Shown here: positions 14,953 to 27,100 of the stretch, one piece after another
Layout of the letters: each line of letters begins with the position of its first letter
Numbering within the stretch: position 1 is the first letter of the stretch
Origin: Macrostomum lignano
Lineage: Eukaryota
DNA length: 64,000 nucleotides
Direction: 5' to 3'
Assembly: GCA_002269645.1 (NCBI GenBank)
Contig: NIVC01001605.1
Coordinates: 29,218 to 93,217, forward strand
Notes under the pieces: generated by a model
Database searches by the model: none
What the model was told of the DNA's origin: nothing
Seen by the model: the letters and a program-made list of their open reading frames with translations, nothing else
Program-made: the position numbers and the translations under genes

Positions 14953-16412
14953 ATGACTGCAGCTAGCAGTGCAGCTCTGCTGGCTCTGCTGTCCGCCCTC
15001 TGCTGCCAGTTTGTCCGCTGCGCCACCTTCACGGTGCCGACTGTCAACCTCTGCGCTGTCGAACTGCCCCTTCCAGGTGCAATCAATGCCACGTTCAAGG
15101 AGGTCTCCGGGGTCACGGATTATCGGATCTGCGCCGTGGAATGCGCAGCCAGAGGGCGGCTGAGTTGCTCCGTGTTCCAGATGCTGCATCCGGGAGACAA
15201 GGTCGGCTCGGTGACGCTGAGCAGCGGAAAGTGCGTGCTCGGCTCCTCGTGCGACCTCGCCGACAAGTGGAAGTCGCAGTCGGGCTCGGGCTGTCTGACG
15301 CAGCTGCTGGATAACCGGCCTGAATGTAGTGCGACCACGGCTGCAACAACTGCGACAGCAACGACCGCAACTCCGATTACAGCGATCACAACTTCGACAA
15401 CAACGACCACACCTCCGACAAAAACAACGACTGCTGTCCCACAAGTGTTGACCGGTAAGTTTTTGTTATCTTAATGCACAATTGCTTTTAGATATAACCA
15501 AAACATTTTCCTAGCTCGTACATGCGTGTTAATAAAAAGTAGCTCAAATCTCATTGTCGCTTAATCTCATTTAAAAAGCAACCAATTCGCTGAATCCAAT
15601 GCAGCCCCGGCGGCTGCGACTACCCAGACGGGCAGCCTCGTGACCCATCCGATCGACGCCACCGGCTGCTACAAGATCAGCGCTTGGGGCGCTCGAGGCG
15701 GCAGCGCCGGTGGCTCCACGGTCGGCGGCAAGGGCGCCCTCGCATCCGGCTACTTCAGACTGGACGCCGGAGTCATGCTGGCGATTATCGTTGGGAAGGT
15801 CGGCAGCGACAAGCTTGGCGGTGGAAATGACGCCGCTGGCGGCGGCGGTGGCACCTTCGTCTATGTCGACGGTATCGACACGTCGTCAGCGCTGCCGCTG
15901 GTCGCGGCTGGCGGCGGCAGCGGATCCGGTGACAGCTGCGACGGAATCGACGGAAGCAGCGACCAGCCCGGGACCAGCGGCGGCGGCGACGGAGCGGGCG
16001 CTGGCGGCACAGACGGCAACGGCGGCCAAGCGAGGACATCTGGCAGTGGAAACGGCGGCGCCGGCGCCGGTTGGTGGTCGGCAGGCGACGACGGCTTCGG
16101 TGGAAAGAATGGTCGCGGCGGTAAGAGCTTCGGCAGCAGCTGGAGCGGCGGCGACGGCGACGACGCGTTTGGAGGCTACGGAGGCGGCGGCGGAGGCGGC
16201 GGCGGCGGCAGCAGCTCCGGCGGGGGCGGAGGCGGCGGCTTCTCGGGCGGCGGCGGCGGCTCGGGCAATTGCGGGGTGGCGGCGGCGGCGGCAGCTTCGT
16301 AGCGGCCGAGGCGACGAGCGTCGTGAGGACGAGCGGAGCGAACTCGGAGCCGAACGGTCGAGCGGAGGTGCAGCTGGTTGTGCCGTCCACCGCACTGCTG
16401 TGTGTGCTGTGA
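14953..16412 (+). CDS. Secreted protein 2 (paralog): signal peptide + PAN-like + short Thr stalk + glycine-rich domain. Exons 14953-15454 and 15605-16412; frameshift at G4 run 16273-16276
   Basis: Highly similar to gene 1. GTAAGT donor at 15455, CAG acceptor at 15604. One extra G restores CGGGGGGGSFVAAEATSVV...EVQLV to TGA at 16410-16412. Confidence 0.85.
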
Positions 16413-16879
16413 CGGCTAAACTGCGACTCGATGTACTTCGGACTCTGATCGATTGAAGCTTAAGTGTTTTATCGACCCTACGTACCATATTGAACTGGTG
16501 TTGTGACGTAACCAGGACCCTGGTGGGGCCATTTGAAATACGAGGGGTAAGACCGATCGCCGACAACTAGATCCCGGAAGTTTGGTGCCGCTATTGAACT
16601 GAAAGTTCTTAGATTGTTAACGTTTTCAATGGTTTATCGGAGAATATATTATTTAAATTCGCATATTGGCTTTTTGGTTAGTTGTTTTGATGTCTTTTAG
16701 ATTCTAAAATGCATACTATATTTACAATGCTACTTGCACTGGATCTGCTTAGCTGGGTGCAAGCAAAGCATCGGTTTCCTTTAGTTTAATGGGCATGCAC
16801 GCTCGTGAAAGCAAATACTACATACATGTAGATGACTGTCTGTTCAATCGAGGAAATTGCATAGAAATAAAAGTACAGA

Positions 16880-18060
16880 GACAATCATACGACAATCAAA
16901 GCAATACTGCTCATACTTTTGTGTGGCCGAGCAGCTGTAAAATGGGTGCCGATATTAGCTGGGGTAATTGAGGATGTGTGGCGACCTTCTAGTTCTTGGA
17001 CTGACAGCCGTACGCAGCCTTCAGATGCGCTGCGCAATAGTGGTGGCTGAGCTGTCGTCAATTCAGCATTGCTGAAACTCATAAATCATTTTGTATCCAA
17101 ATTGAATTATATATGGCCGCACCTGTCACTTTTTGAGGGTTGCTGGGAGGAGAGTTGACAGGATCTCTTGGCTTTTTGGTTTGAGTAGCAACAAGCCAAT
17201 CAGAAAATTCAATGTGCGTTTTAACAAAACGGCTCAGCCAAATAGAATCGACGTGTTCCGGTATAACAAAGCACAGGCCACTTTTCGACTATTTAAACTG
17301 CCGGTTTCGACGCACTCAACCGTCTCCTAAGTGAAGACTGGTCTGGAGACCACGGTTCCCCTCCCCGATTGCTGATTCGCCCCATCTTCGGATCGCGACA
17401 TCAAGTTGGAAGGCAGCATCTGCGCCGTCAACTGCCAGAACTTCATCGAGAGTCGGCTGTCACCTGAGCTATCTGAGTCTCGGAACTCTTTGCCTATTTG
17501 CAGTCCGAGTACCTGACTGGTTGGATGAGAGGCTACTTGATCTTGCTTAGCTGGGAGCACTCTTCATCTGTCTCTGTTCTCAGTAGTTTGATTGAGTAGT
17601 ATTGCAATTTACTTGCTTGAATTTTTCTTGTACTTAAGTTTTCAACGTAGAAATCTATTGTTTAATACTAAGAGTAGCTTGTTTGCTCTGAATCAGTTAA
17701 AGCAATCGTGAGCAGAGTGAAAAGGCAAATTTGATCCATAGCTCGTAATTTATTTTATTTGCTTTGTTTTGATTTCTAAACTCCCTAGGGTTGTAATTTT
17801 AGCCTAAAGCGTCGGACTCATAACTGAAAGGTCGGTGATCCGATTATCGACCCAACTTGAGTTGAGCAAGTGCTTTTGAGAAAGACACTCAACTCTGCAG
17901 TGATTCAATTCAGCCATCTGTAAAATGGGTGCCAGCCTTAGCTGGGGTAATTGAGGGTGTGTGGCAACCCCCAGTTCTTGTACTGAACAGCCTTACGCAG
18001 CCTTCAGCTGCGGCTGAGCTGTCGGTTGCACATCTGGTCATATTGGAATGTAAGATTGCA
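16880..18060. repeat. Local direct duplication (about 16930-17070 vs 17915-18040)
   Basis: Shared ctgtaaaatgggtgcc...ttagctggggtaattgagg...cagccttcag. Confidence 0.6.
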
Positions 18061-18784
18061 ACAATAAGAGAATTCACCAGCAAGGATTTCAGAGGGCCAT
18101 GACTGCTCTGCACCAATGCTATTGGAGAGTTCGCAGGCAAGAACCCCCTGCAAAAAGTCCTCTTTGTCCCCGCATGGTCAATGCAATTCCAAGCAGTGTT
18201 TCTTTTACATGTATTACATGTAGCTGTGGCTTCGAGACTGATAGCTAAAAGACGCTGGTTGGTCCAGGACTCCAGAGCATCTTCTAGTCGGAAACCCAAT
18301 TTAGAGAGAGCTGGGTTAATGAGCCATCAGTTCGCACGGGTTGGTGGGGGCATAGGATTATCTCTACCTTTCACACCTTTCAAATTCTTCCCCTGCTCGT
18401 CTCTAGCAGAAAACACGAGTTTAGTCTCAAGCTCAAGTAATATTAAATCATAATTTATTGAAGCCCATTTTTTATTGTCTGATAAGTGCCTGTCTATGGT
18501 CGTTTCCGGATTAAAAATGTACCCTAAAAGTTTGAGCTCAATCAAGTCTATTATGCTGTCTCGCAAAGTAAAAAGCTCAGAGACATTTTAATTATTAAAA
18601 CATAAGCTTGGACAATAGTATTGAATGTTTAATCATGACCAATGCTGTCCATTGGTCAATCGTGTCGATGTAAGTAGCAATGCATCCTGTGACGCCGAAG
18701 TCAACTTCACAAATGCATCACCTAACTGGTAATCAATAACCGAACTCGAGGTGAATAGCATTGACCGCCAATCCAGCGACTTGA

Positions 18785-19846
18785 ATGGGCCGAATTCTGC
18801 AGGACATTGACTTGAAAAACCTGGCCAACCGGCTTCTTACCTTTGATGTTGACGATGTTGAGAATCACGTGCCGCTCACTGCGGCTGAGTGCCTGTCCGT
18901 CTGTCACATGGCCGTCGAGGCTATGAGATCCACAGACATCTGCATCCACATCAAGACGCCAATCAACATTGTGGGCGACTTGCACGGCCAGTTCCACGAT
19001 CTGCTTCGAATATTCGACGCGCTCGGCCAGCCGCCCGAGTCGCGCTTTCTGTTCCTCGGCGACTACATCGACCGAGGCAAGTACTCGCTCGAGGTGATGA
19101 CGCTGCTGTTTGTGCTGATGCTGCTGTATCCGAACTCGGTGTACCTGCTTCGAGGCAACCACGAGACGGCCAACATCTGCTGCAGGTACGGATTCAAAGA
19201 CGAAATCGGGATGCGGTTTATCAAAGCGCAGGCGCACAAAGTGCTTGGTGGATTCGTCAGAACCTTCCAATGGATGTCGATGTGCGCAATTATAGATGGC
19301 CAGATCTTCTGCTGTCACGGCGGCATCTCGCCGAGCTACATGCTGCAACCCTTTAACCTACGAGGCGGACAGCAGGCCAATGTCCAGGCGTTGAACGAGT
19401 CCAAGAAGCCAGTGGAACCGTCTAGACCCAGCGTTTTGTGCGACATCATCTGGGCGGATCCCATGAGCGGCGTAATGAATGTGCAGTTCAGCCCGACGTC
19501 GGAGAGTCTCACTGAGGCCAAGTGGCTGCCAAATAAACGCGGCTGCTCCTTCATGTTCTCGGGCGTAGCATTGGAGGAGGTGATGCGGATGTTCCAGACC
19601 CAAATGCTGATTCGGGGTCACCAAGTCGCACAAAATGGTTTTTTGACGCACCACAATCGACGCTGCGTCACCGTATTTAGCGCGCCAGGCTACTGTGGTG
19701 TCTACAACAACGCGTGCAGCATCCTGCAGGTGGACCGCATGGTAGACAACAATCGACATCCAGGCAGCTTTTTTATTATCAGACCGACGCACAGGGACGC
19801 AGCCGCAATTAACAACCTGTTCTGGACTGAGCTCAGAGACATTTAA
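18785..19846 (+). CDS. Intronless PPP-family (PP1-like) Ser/Thr phosphatase A, 353 aa
   Basis: GDLHGQ, GDYIDRG, LRGNHE, HGGISP, WADP, NKRG, RGHQ and SAPGYC motifs. Confidence 0.95.
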   Translation: MGRILQDIDLKNLANRLLTFDVDDVENHVPLTAAECLSVCHMAVEAMRSTDICIHIKTPINIVGDLHGQFHDLLRIFDALGQPPESRFLFLGDYIDRGKYSLEVMTLLFVLMLLYPNSVYLLRGNHETANICCRYGFKDEIGMRFIKAQAHKVLGGFVRTFQWMSMCAIIDGQIFCCHGGISPSYMLQPFNLRGGQQANVQALNESKKPVEPSRPSVLCDIIWADPMSGVMNVQFSPTSESLTEAKWLPNKRGCSFMFSGVALEEVMRMFQTQMLIRGHQVAQNGFLTHHNRRCVTVFSAPGYCGVYNNACSILQVDRMVDNNRHPGSFFIIRPTHRDAAAINNLFWTELRDI

Positions 19847-21344
19847 CGTCCATGGCTTTAACGTCCTTTGATCAGCGTCTCGGCCCCGTCCACTTGTTAT
19901 ACTCTCTTTCATTTTTTCTCAAAAATTATATAAAGCTACTCTTTCTATGTGTATTCACATCTTTTTAAAAAAAGACTGGCTAAGTCTATAGATTGTACTG
20001 TCGTTCGCAAACCATCCGCTTCATAGTTAACTATGCTGGTTTCCATCGTGGATTTCAAATAGCAAGAACCCAATCAAGCGTACACTTATTTGAGTATTAG
20101 TAGCGCAATTATCAATCTCAAAAGTATCGCTGACAATTTTTAGCTGATGACGACCTGTCAAACTTTTATTGATACGCTAATTAGATAAAAACTTTTTGTA
20201 CAGCATGGTTACTGATAAAAGCCAAAATATTTGAAATGGTCGCTACCTTAGGCGTAAGAAAAAGATCAAGTTCGTCCTAAAAGCTTGTGAAAGTTGGGTC
20301 TTGTGAAATGATCGAATACGAATTGAAGCAACTGTAAACATTTATTCACAGCGACTCTTCACCACATGCAGCCTGGAGTTCTTGGCATCACGTGTTATAA
20401 ATGCTCTTTGTACACATTTGCTCTTTCTCAGCTGGGGCCATGACCGCCGGTACAATTCCGCCAGGCTGGGTAGCATGCAGTCTTAGTGTGACGAAAGGAC
20501 CAACAGGTCCCATATGTGTTTGAAGGTGCATACCATGAAAAAGCGCGGCGGCCACACTCAGTTACCCACGCAAAAGTACACCCGAGGCTAACGAGACGGG
20601 ACTCCATGAGCTATACATGAACGGGCAAAGTTTTAAGGGCCGATCTGGGGACTCTAGCATACATGTACAGCTGTACATACATGCATTGAACAGTTAAGAC
20701 AAATGCTAGAACGGGGGTTTTCGCCTAGGGAATTTTTTAATTTGGGGTGCACAATTCCATAGCATTCGTGGATGATTATTTCCAAGTGAAAGATCTATAT
20801 GTAGCTATAATAATTAAGTTTCCACCCCAAAGAACCGATCATAAAATATATGCTTCGGCCTAGCGAAGCATGGCAACTTCGGTGCTATAATTAAGCGACC
20901 GAGCCTGCCGTTTACTAACCCCAATTCCTAAACAAATGCTTCTTCAGCCAATACCAAAAGAGTTGTAACGCGCACAAACTCCCACGTCGAGATCTCGATG
21001 TGCACAAGTCCTCCGAGAATTGAGACAATTTATCTGCGTTCAACCCAATTAAATTGTTTGTTATTCGATCAGAACAGCAGCTTGTCAAGTCCGTTAGCAT
21101 CTCGACGTCCCAAATGTGAACCATTTCTCAGTCTTGTTTACCTCCTGTTATTCACCTTTGGTGTGACGGCGATGGCTCTACACATGGAATATTTCCATAT
21201 AATTCCCATGTAATTATAGTTCCTGCTGCTAACACCATACATTTCCTGCAGCCTACACTATACTATACTGAGGCTAGAAAAGACGCAGCTACCATATAAA
21301 TTCTACATGTGGATTACATATGTAACTATACTACATAACAAGTT

Positions 21345-22440
21345 TCTTAGACATTGACGTTGACGCCACCGATGAAACTATTTCGACCAGCGTGTATAGG
21401 AAACCTAGCTTTACCGGGCTTATGCTTAGGTTTGACGCCTTGTGCCCTAGACAATGGAAAACCGGATTGATTCGTTGCTTTCTTCACCGGGCTTTTTCCA
21501 CTTGCAGCTCTTGGAGACTTTTCCACAACGAAGTTGAAATCCTCACCAATCTGCTCAGCTACAATGGCTATCCTAAGAACTTTGTGATGAAAATTGTCAA
21601 CTCTTTTCTCAATGACAAACTGACTGAACCTAATCGGATGAAAGTTCGTGATTCCACCTCTGAATGTCCCTTGATCACTTTGCCTTACTTTGGTGTTTGT
21701 TCTATAGAGTTTAAAAAGAAGTTAGAAAAGCTGCTCCGTAAAGACTTAAACACTCAAATCCGTGTTGTGTTTCGCACCGAAAAGATTGCTAAGTTTGTCT
21801 GCAAGTTGAAATCCAGTGTTCCACGTCCTCTCGCGGCTGGTGTCGTGTATAAATTTGTTTGCTCTGAGGACCAGAGCATCTCCTACATAGGAAAAACTAA
21901 ACGACACTTATACACGAGGGTCAGAGAGCACTGGCTAAAAAACTCTGCTATTAACGAACACCTGCTAACCTGCAATTCTTGTTGTGAGGCTGAACCACAC
22001 GAAATGATAAAGGCTATTGATTTTTGTAATAGAGATCACATGCTCTGCCTATTAGAAGCCCTGTACATTAAGACCAAACAGCCCACGTTAAATAACCAAC
22101 TTGCGATGGGTGGGGCTAGCCGTCAACTCAGAATTTTTTAGCTGATTTGTCAATGACCGGACTGGCTTGAAACTGATATGCACTTTACCCAACCAATACT
22201 GTATCAAAAATTGATTACTATGTACAAGTTTTAAACCATCAATTAAAAACTCAATTCAACTACTCTTGTTACTCTCAACTATCTATATATACTGAATATT
22301 CGTTCAAATTGTTTCTCAATAAAAAGACCCTGACGATGTCCTAATGCAAATGGACGAAATGCATCGGCAACTCAAATAATACTTCATGTTGATATTTACC
22401 TTTATTTATCTACTCTTCATCAAGCGAGCCACTTTACCTG
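21345..22440 (+). mobile_element. 5'-truncated Penelope-like element (RT thumb + GIY-YIG endonuclease + 3' pseudo-LTR region)
   Basis: FLDID...TSVYRKPSFTG, VVYKFVC, YIGKTKRHLYTRVREH, LEALYI...PTLN. 10-bp TSD ATAACAAGTT at 21335-21344 and 22441-22450. Confidence 0.92.
22308..22380 (+). ncRNA. Minimal type I hammerhead ribozyme in the Penelope 3' region
   Basis: CTGACGA (22330-22336), T, stem II GTCC/GGAC, GAAA (22356-22359), palindromic ATGCAT stem III, ATC cleavage triplet (cut after 22365), stem I CC/GG extended by ATTGTTT/AAATAAT. Confidence 0.8.
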
Positions 22441-22573
22441 ATAACAAGTTGCTATTATAAAGTATTGATTAAGACATTTTGACGGTCGATTGTGCATGTA
22501 CGCTCGTACTAAAAGCGATAAAAAGTGTGCTTTTTTCTAAAGCTGCGATTGTATCAGACACAATCAAAACAGC

Positions 22574-23634
22574 TGAAATAGATAGCGTTTTTCTCGGGGT
22601 GGCCTGGTAGGTCTTTGAATCCCACCGCTGCCACCAGTGAAGTACAATGGGTTTTCTTCCCGGTTTAGGCCCTTGCGGATTACCTTAATCTTGAGCCTCT
22701 TCAGTGGGAAGTTCTCTCAACTCTCTCAGTAGCGTAGGTAGTGCTGCCACCAGTTCCTTCAGGTCTCGGCCTTCGATAAGGTGAGCTTCCCGTCGGAACG
22801 AAATAAACAAGTCAACGAACTCAGCACAGTGTGCAGATTTGCAGATTAATGAACAAGGCGTCCTGATCAGCAGATCCCCGCCGGGCTCAGGGGTGGCTGG
22901 GAAGGCAGTGTTAGCCTCCCTTAGGCTTGGGCTTTAGTGGGGTCTCAGTCAGACCAGTACAAACGGATTCAGTACGCAAAGGGCACTTAGTTAGACACTG
23001 ACGCACACGGGTTCTTAGTGAATTCTCCGCAGATAAGAAGCCAAAAATCCTTGACGGAAACAAGGGGAGAGGGGTCCTATTTATAGCCGGGAAACACCCA
23101 CGCACAAGACCTCGTGACTTGTTCTATTTTTAGAACTGACGTCACTTGAGATCTCGAGGCAGGGTCTCAGTGCGCGCAAGACCTCGTGACTCGTTCTATT
23201 TTTAGAACTGACGTCACTTGAGGTCTCCGGCCAGAGTACACGCGGCTGTGACTCAGTTGCTATTTTTAGCAACATGAGTCACTCCTCTCCTTAGAGAAGG
23301 GAGGGTTCCGAAAGCACGTGATTCTCCCGGTAAACAGGGCCAACGAGTGCAGTAAACATGTTTACTGCACTTTAGGACTCGAAGAACGCAGAGTCTGTCA
23401 TGTGACTTGCTCACATGACAGAGGAAAACGGGACGGGAACGAAACAGAGACAGCCCACAGCAGAGAAGCTGAGGGCTGAGAACAGAGACGCAGAAGGGCA
23501 GAACAGGCCAAGGGCAGCAACAGACGGGCCAAGGGGGGTGGGAAGCTGACCAGCGGCAGACAGCAACCCAGGGCGAGGGCGAGGGAGACTGCTGACAAAG
23601 TGGGACGCCTAACATCAACTAGCGGATCACTACA
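22574..23634 (-). repeat. 3' LTR of the Gypsy element
   Basis: Matches 30579-31639. Preceded on the sense strand by PPT GAACGGGGAGAG (23635-23646). Confidence 0.95.
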
Positions 23635-24165
23635 CTCTCCCCGTTCAAATGAAGAGGCGGAGTGAAAGCGAAGCGCGCTTTATTTAATAAACAAAATAGT
23701 GATTTTACTAAATAAAATTATTACAAATGCCTGGCAAAAGGATGGCAGTGTCACAAGGCATGCAAATTATTACACGGCTGGGCCAAGGTCAGGATTGTGA
23801 CCCAAAATGGCGAAGCACCAATAGCACCGGTGGGTTGCCCACGCCAAGGCAGAGCCCTAGAAAATCATAAAATCGGAGGGGCTGGCAAGTCCCTCGGGCG
23901 TACGCAGAATCAGGACCTCAGTCCAACAGCGGTTTGGGGGCGCCGGCCCGGAAAATGGGCGCCTAAATATACGGGATACCATAGACAGCCGGCAGAGCCC
24001 GTCACTGGGGAGAAGGGGGATGCAGAACTGCATCAGAGCAACAGCTCACGGGAAGATAAAAGAGTACGCATTGCGGGGGCGCTGGCCTGCTATTGAGGCG
24101 CCACATAAAGTAGAGCAGGGAAAAATCAGAGGGTGCCTGTCAGCACCAAGTCCACAGAGTCAGAG

Positions 24166-27100
24166 TTAATCGCTGCGTTGGGTTGATCGGTGCACGCAGA
24201 TGCGGGCAGTGCGACTAACATACGTCTTGGCCCTAGGATTAATAATTAGCCTCTCAGGCTGCCTACGATTCCTAGCCGGCCTACCGACATCTACAGACCC
24301 TAATGACGCTTCCACCGGAGTGGTGCATAACGACGGCCCAGGGGTCTGGACCACAGAAAAAGCAGCACTGGGAGCGGGAGCAGAAACGGGCGGAAAAGAA
24401 ACAGCAGGCATAGACGCATCAAGAACAGGCTTATGCAGATGACATTCACCATACGGCACTGGCTCACGCCGAAGTGCACTTGCCTGGTTCGCTGGTGTCG
24501 TGACCGGTCCACCTCCTGGCTGCACCTCCGGGATCGCCAAAGGCCGGAAGTGCCATCGGAAGGCCGGCCTTGCGTCGTAGCCGTCATCATCGTCATCGTC
24601 GGGGTCGTCCTGGTCGTCCTCGGGGATTGGCGTCAGGTCGCGGGTCCTGCGCCGTCGGGGACGTCGGGCGGCCGCCGGCGTTTCTTCGGTTTGTCGACTT
24701 CAGGGTCCGAAGTTCTCGTGTAGTCAGCGTCAGGCACGAGCAGAAGGTTCCGGCGATGGACGACTAGTTCGTCTCGTCTAGCTCTCGGGTTTGGCAGTCT
24801 CCGTCGAATCTTGTAGACGACCTCGCCCTTGGGCTCGACGACTTCGTATAGGGCTTTGCGAGGTCGATGAAACTTCGCCGCCTCATCCGGTTCGAGTACC
24901 GGGTTGTTGAGGAAGACCAGATCTCCGGGTTGAAGCTTCTTGGCGACGGGCAGGTTCGAATAGTGCTCGTCTCGCAATTGCTGGTGCAGGTGCAGGCGCT
25001 CCTTGGCCAGCTCAGTCGCCTCGTCCAGGCGACGTTGGAAGTCCTTGACGTAGTCGGGCAGGTCGGCGTACTCGGGCAGCTTCTTCAGCGCGTTGTCGAT
25101 CGGGAGTCGGAAATCACGGCCGAACACCAGGTAGTGAGGCGTGAAGCCGGTCACCGGGTGCACGCTGGAGCGGAGAGCCATCAGACAGGCCGGGAGGAAG
25201 GTGTCCCAGTCGTTGTGGTTGCGCTCGAGCAGACAGGTGAGGACACTCTTCAGCTGTTTGTTGAGGTTCTCGACTTGTCCGTTGGAAGCTGGATTGTACG
25301 GTGTTGTTGTCGTATGCCGAATGCCAAACAGGTCGCAGAACTTCTTGAAGGCTGAGCCGGTGAAGTTGGTGCCTTGGTCAGTGTGGATCCAGCATGGTAC
25401 ACCGAACTCGGGGATGAAGCGCTCCTGCAGAAGCTTGATGACTGTTTTGGCTTTCTGGTTTCTCATCGGGTAGGCGAATGGATACTTCGACGTCGCATCG
25501 CACAAGGTCAGGATGTAGCGGTTGCCGCTCTTGCTCTTCTGCGCGATTGGTCCTACTACATCACAGTGGATTCTACCCAGAACTTCGCAAACTGGGAAGC
25601 TCTGGACCGGAACTCTCTCTCGCCGTCGCGATTTACTTTCAAGGCAAGTGCGGCACTTACTGATGAAGGTCTTGGTAGCACGGGCTAATCCGGGTCTCCA
25701 GAACCGTTCTCGTAGCCGCAGTAACGTCTTCGTCTCGCCGAGGTGTCCACACAGTGGCGAACTGTGGAGCTCCTGGAGCACCTGGGCGTCAAGGGCCTCA
25801 GGCAGAACAACCTTTGGCGGCTGCTGGCCATCGGACAGGTCAATCAGCAGCAGGCCGTTGTCCTCCTGCAGGTTCTCATAGTATCCGAGCAGGTTCCGCT
25901 GCTCCTTCGTCAGGCGCAACCGGGCGTCGAACTCAGGCTTCGGGGCTTCGTTCTTGACCAGGTTGAGCACGTAGCTGATGGCTCGGTCAGCGCGCTGGGC
26001 TTCAACGAACTGTTGGCGAGTCATCGGCAGCTTCAGAAAATCAGTGAGCACAGCGCGGCATGGCTGAGGGGTCCGGATTCCCGCAGTCTCCGCTTTAATG
26101 GCTCCAGGTCGATCACACGGCACCGTCTTGTCGGCGTCAGGATTAGGTCGCTCCGAGGGACTTTGTCTCGCAACGTCGGCGTACGTCCGTTGATCTCGTT
26201 TCGAAGTTCTCATCGTCGCTCTATTGACAGAAAAATCCGCAGATGGAGCAGTGCACATGCCTCCACTGCCTAGCCCAGGCGACTCTTGGCTGTAGGGCGG
26301 GACGCAACACGTGAAGCACGCCTCGTCACTGGCAGCCGTAGCCGTCGGCTCAGTCGTCGTCAAATCTGGGTGAGTCTTCTCCTGCACTGGGCGGTGTCGC
26401 AAAGGGGGAATCGACTTTCCGCACAGGCGATGAGCAGCTGTCTGTCGGCCCGGGGGACAGAGCTTCGACCTTGCAGCTGGCGCGAGATTCTGGCCCCTGT
26501 CAACATGGCGAGAGATCTCAGCGAAAGGCTCAGAAGGGTTGTACTTAGGTTGCTGTCCTGGAGTTGCGTTGCGGGCCGTCATCAGAAGGGCTGCTGGCGC
26601 GGTGGCCTTTGAATCTTGGTCCGTGGGCGTCTCCAGATTCCGAGACCGGAAGTCTTGGGCGTCGTCAAGGAGGTCTGCTTCGGCGGTGGCCTCTAGGACT
26701 TCGTCCAGGTTGGTCTCCAGGTAACGGCAGTCGGCGTGGGCATCGCTGCAGAGGGCTGTCGTCACAGTGGCCTCTGGGTTGTCGTCCAGGCCGATCTCCA
26801 GGCGTTGACTGCAGCGGTGGGCGTCGTGCTGGAAGGCTGCTGGCGCGGTGGCTTCCAGGTCTTCGTCCAGGTCAGTCTCGGCCTCCAGGTAGCGAGGGTG
26901 GACAGTCTTCGGGAGGGCTGCTCTGGCAGTGGCCTCGGGTGTCGCGTCCAAGTCCGTCTCCAGGAAACGTCGGCGCTCAGTCTTGGGGCTGCCGCCGGCA
27001 CCGGGTTGGGCTGTAGAACCAGGTTGCTTTAGCAGTCGGCCATGCTCGAAGTTGATCGGTGGTGTCTCCGGTCTTCTTGACAGGGCGTCGGCGTTGGCGT

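Noticed and set aside
18722-19912. Antisense and alternative-frame ORFs over the phosphatases (also 42495-43467)
   Set aside because: By-products of GC-rich codon usage; their similarity between paralogs reflects the conversion tract.
20470-20520. GACGAAAGGACC-aaca-GGTCC as a second hammerhead
   Set aside because: No upstream CUGANGA and no U-H after the stem.
20850-20872. Hairpin ATGCTTCG-gcctag-CGAAGCAT as a Helitron/Helentron end
   Set aside because: The hairpin is real, but no matching second terminus could be identified.
23640-24596. Env-like third ORF in the Gypsy element
   Set aside because: No signal peptide or TM pattern; the 24166-24540 ORF is better explained as the frameshifted integrase tail.
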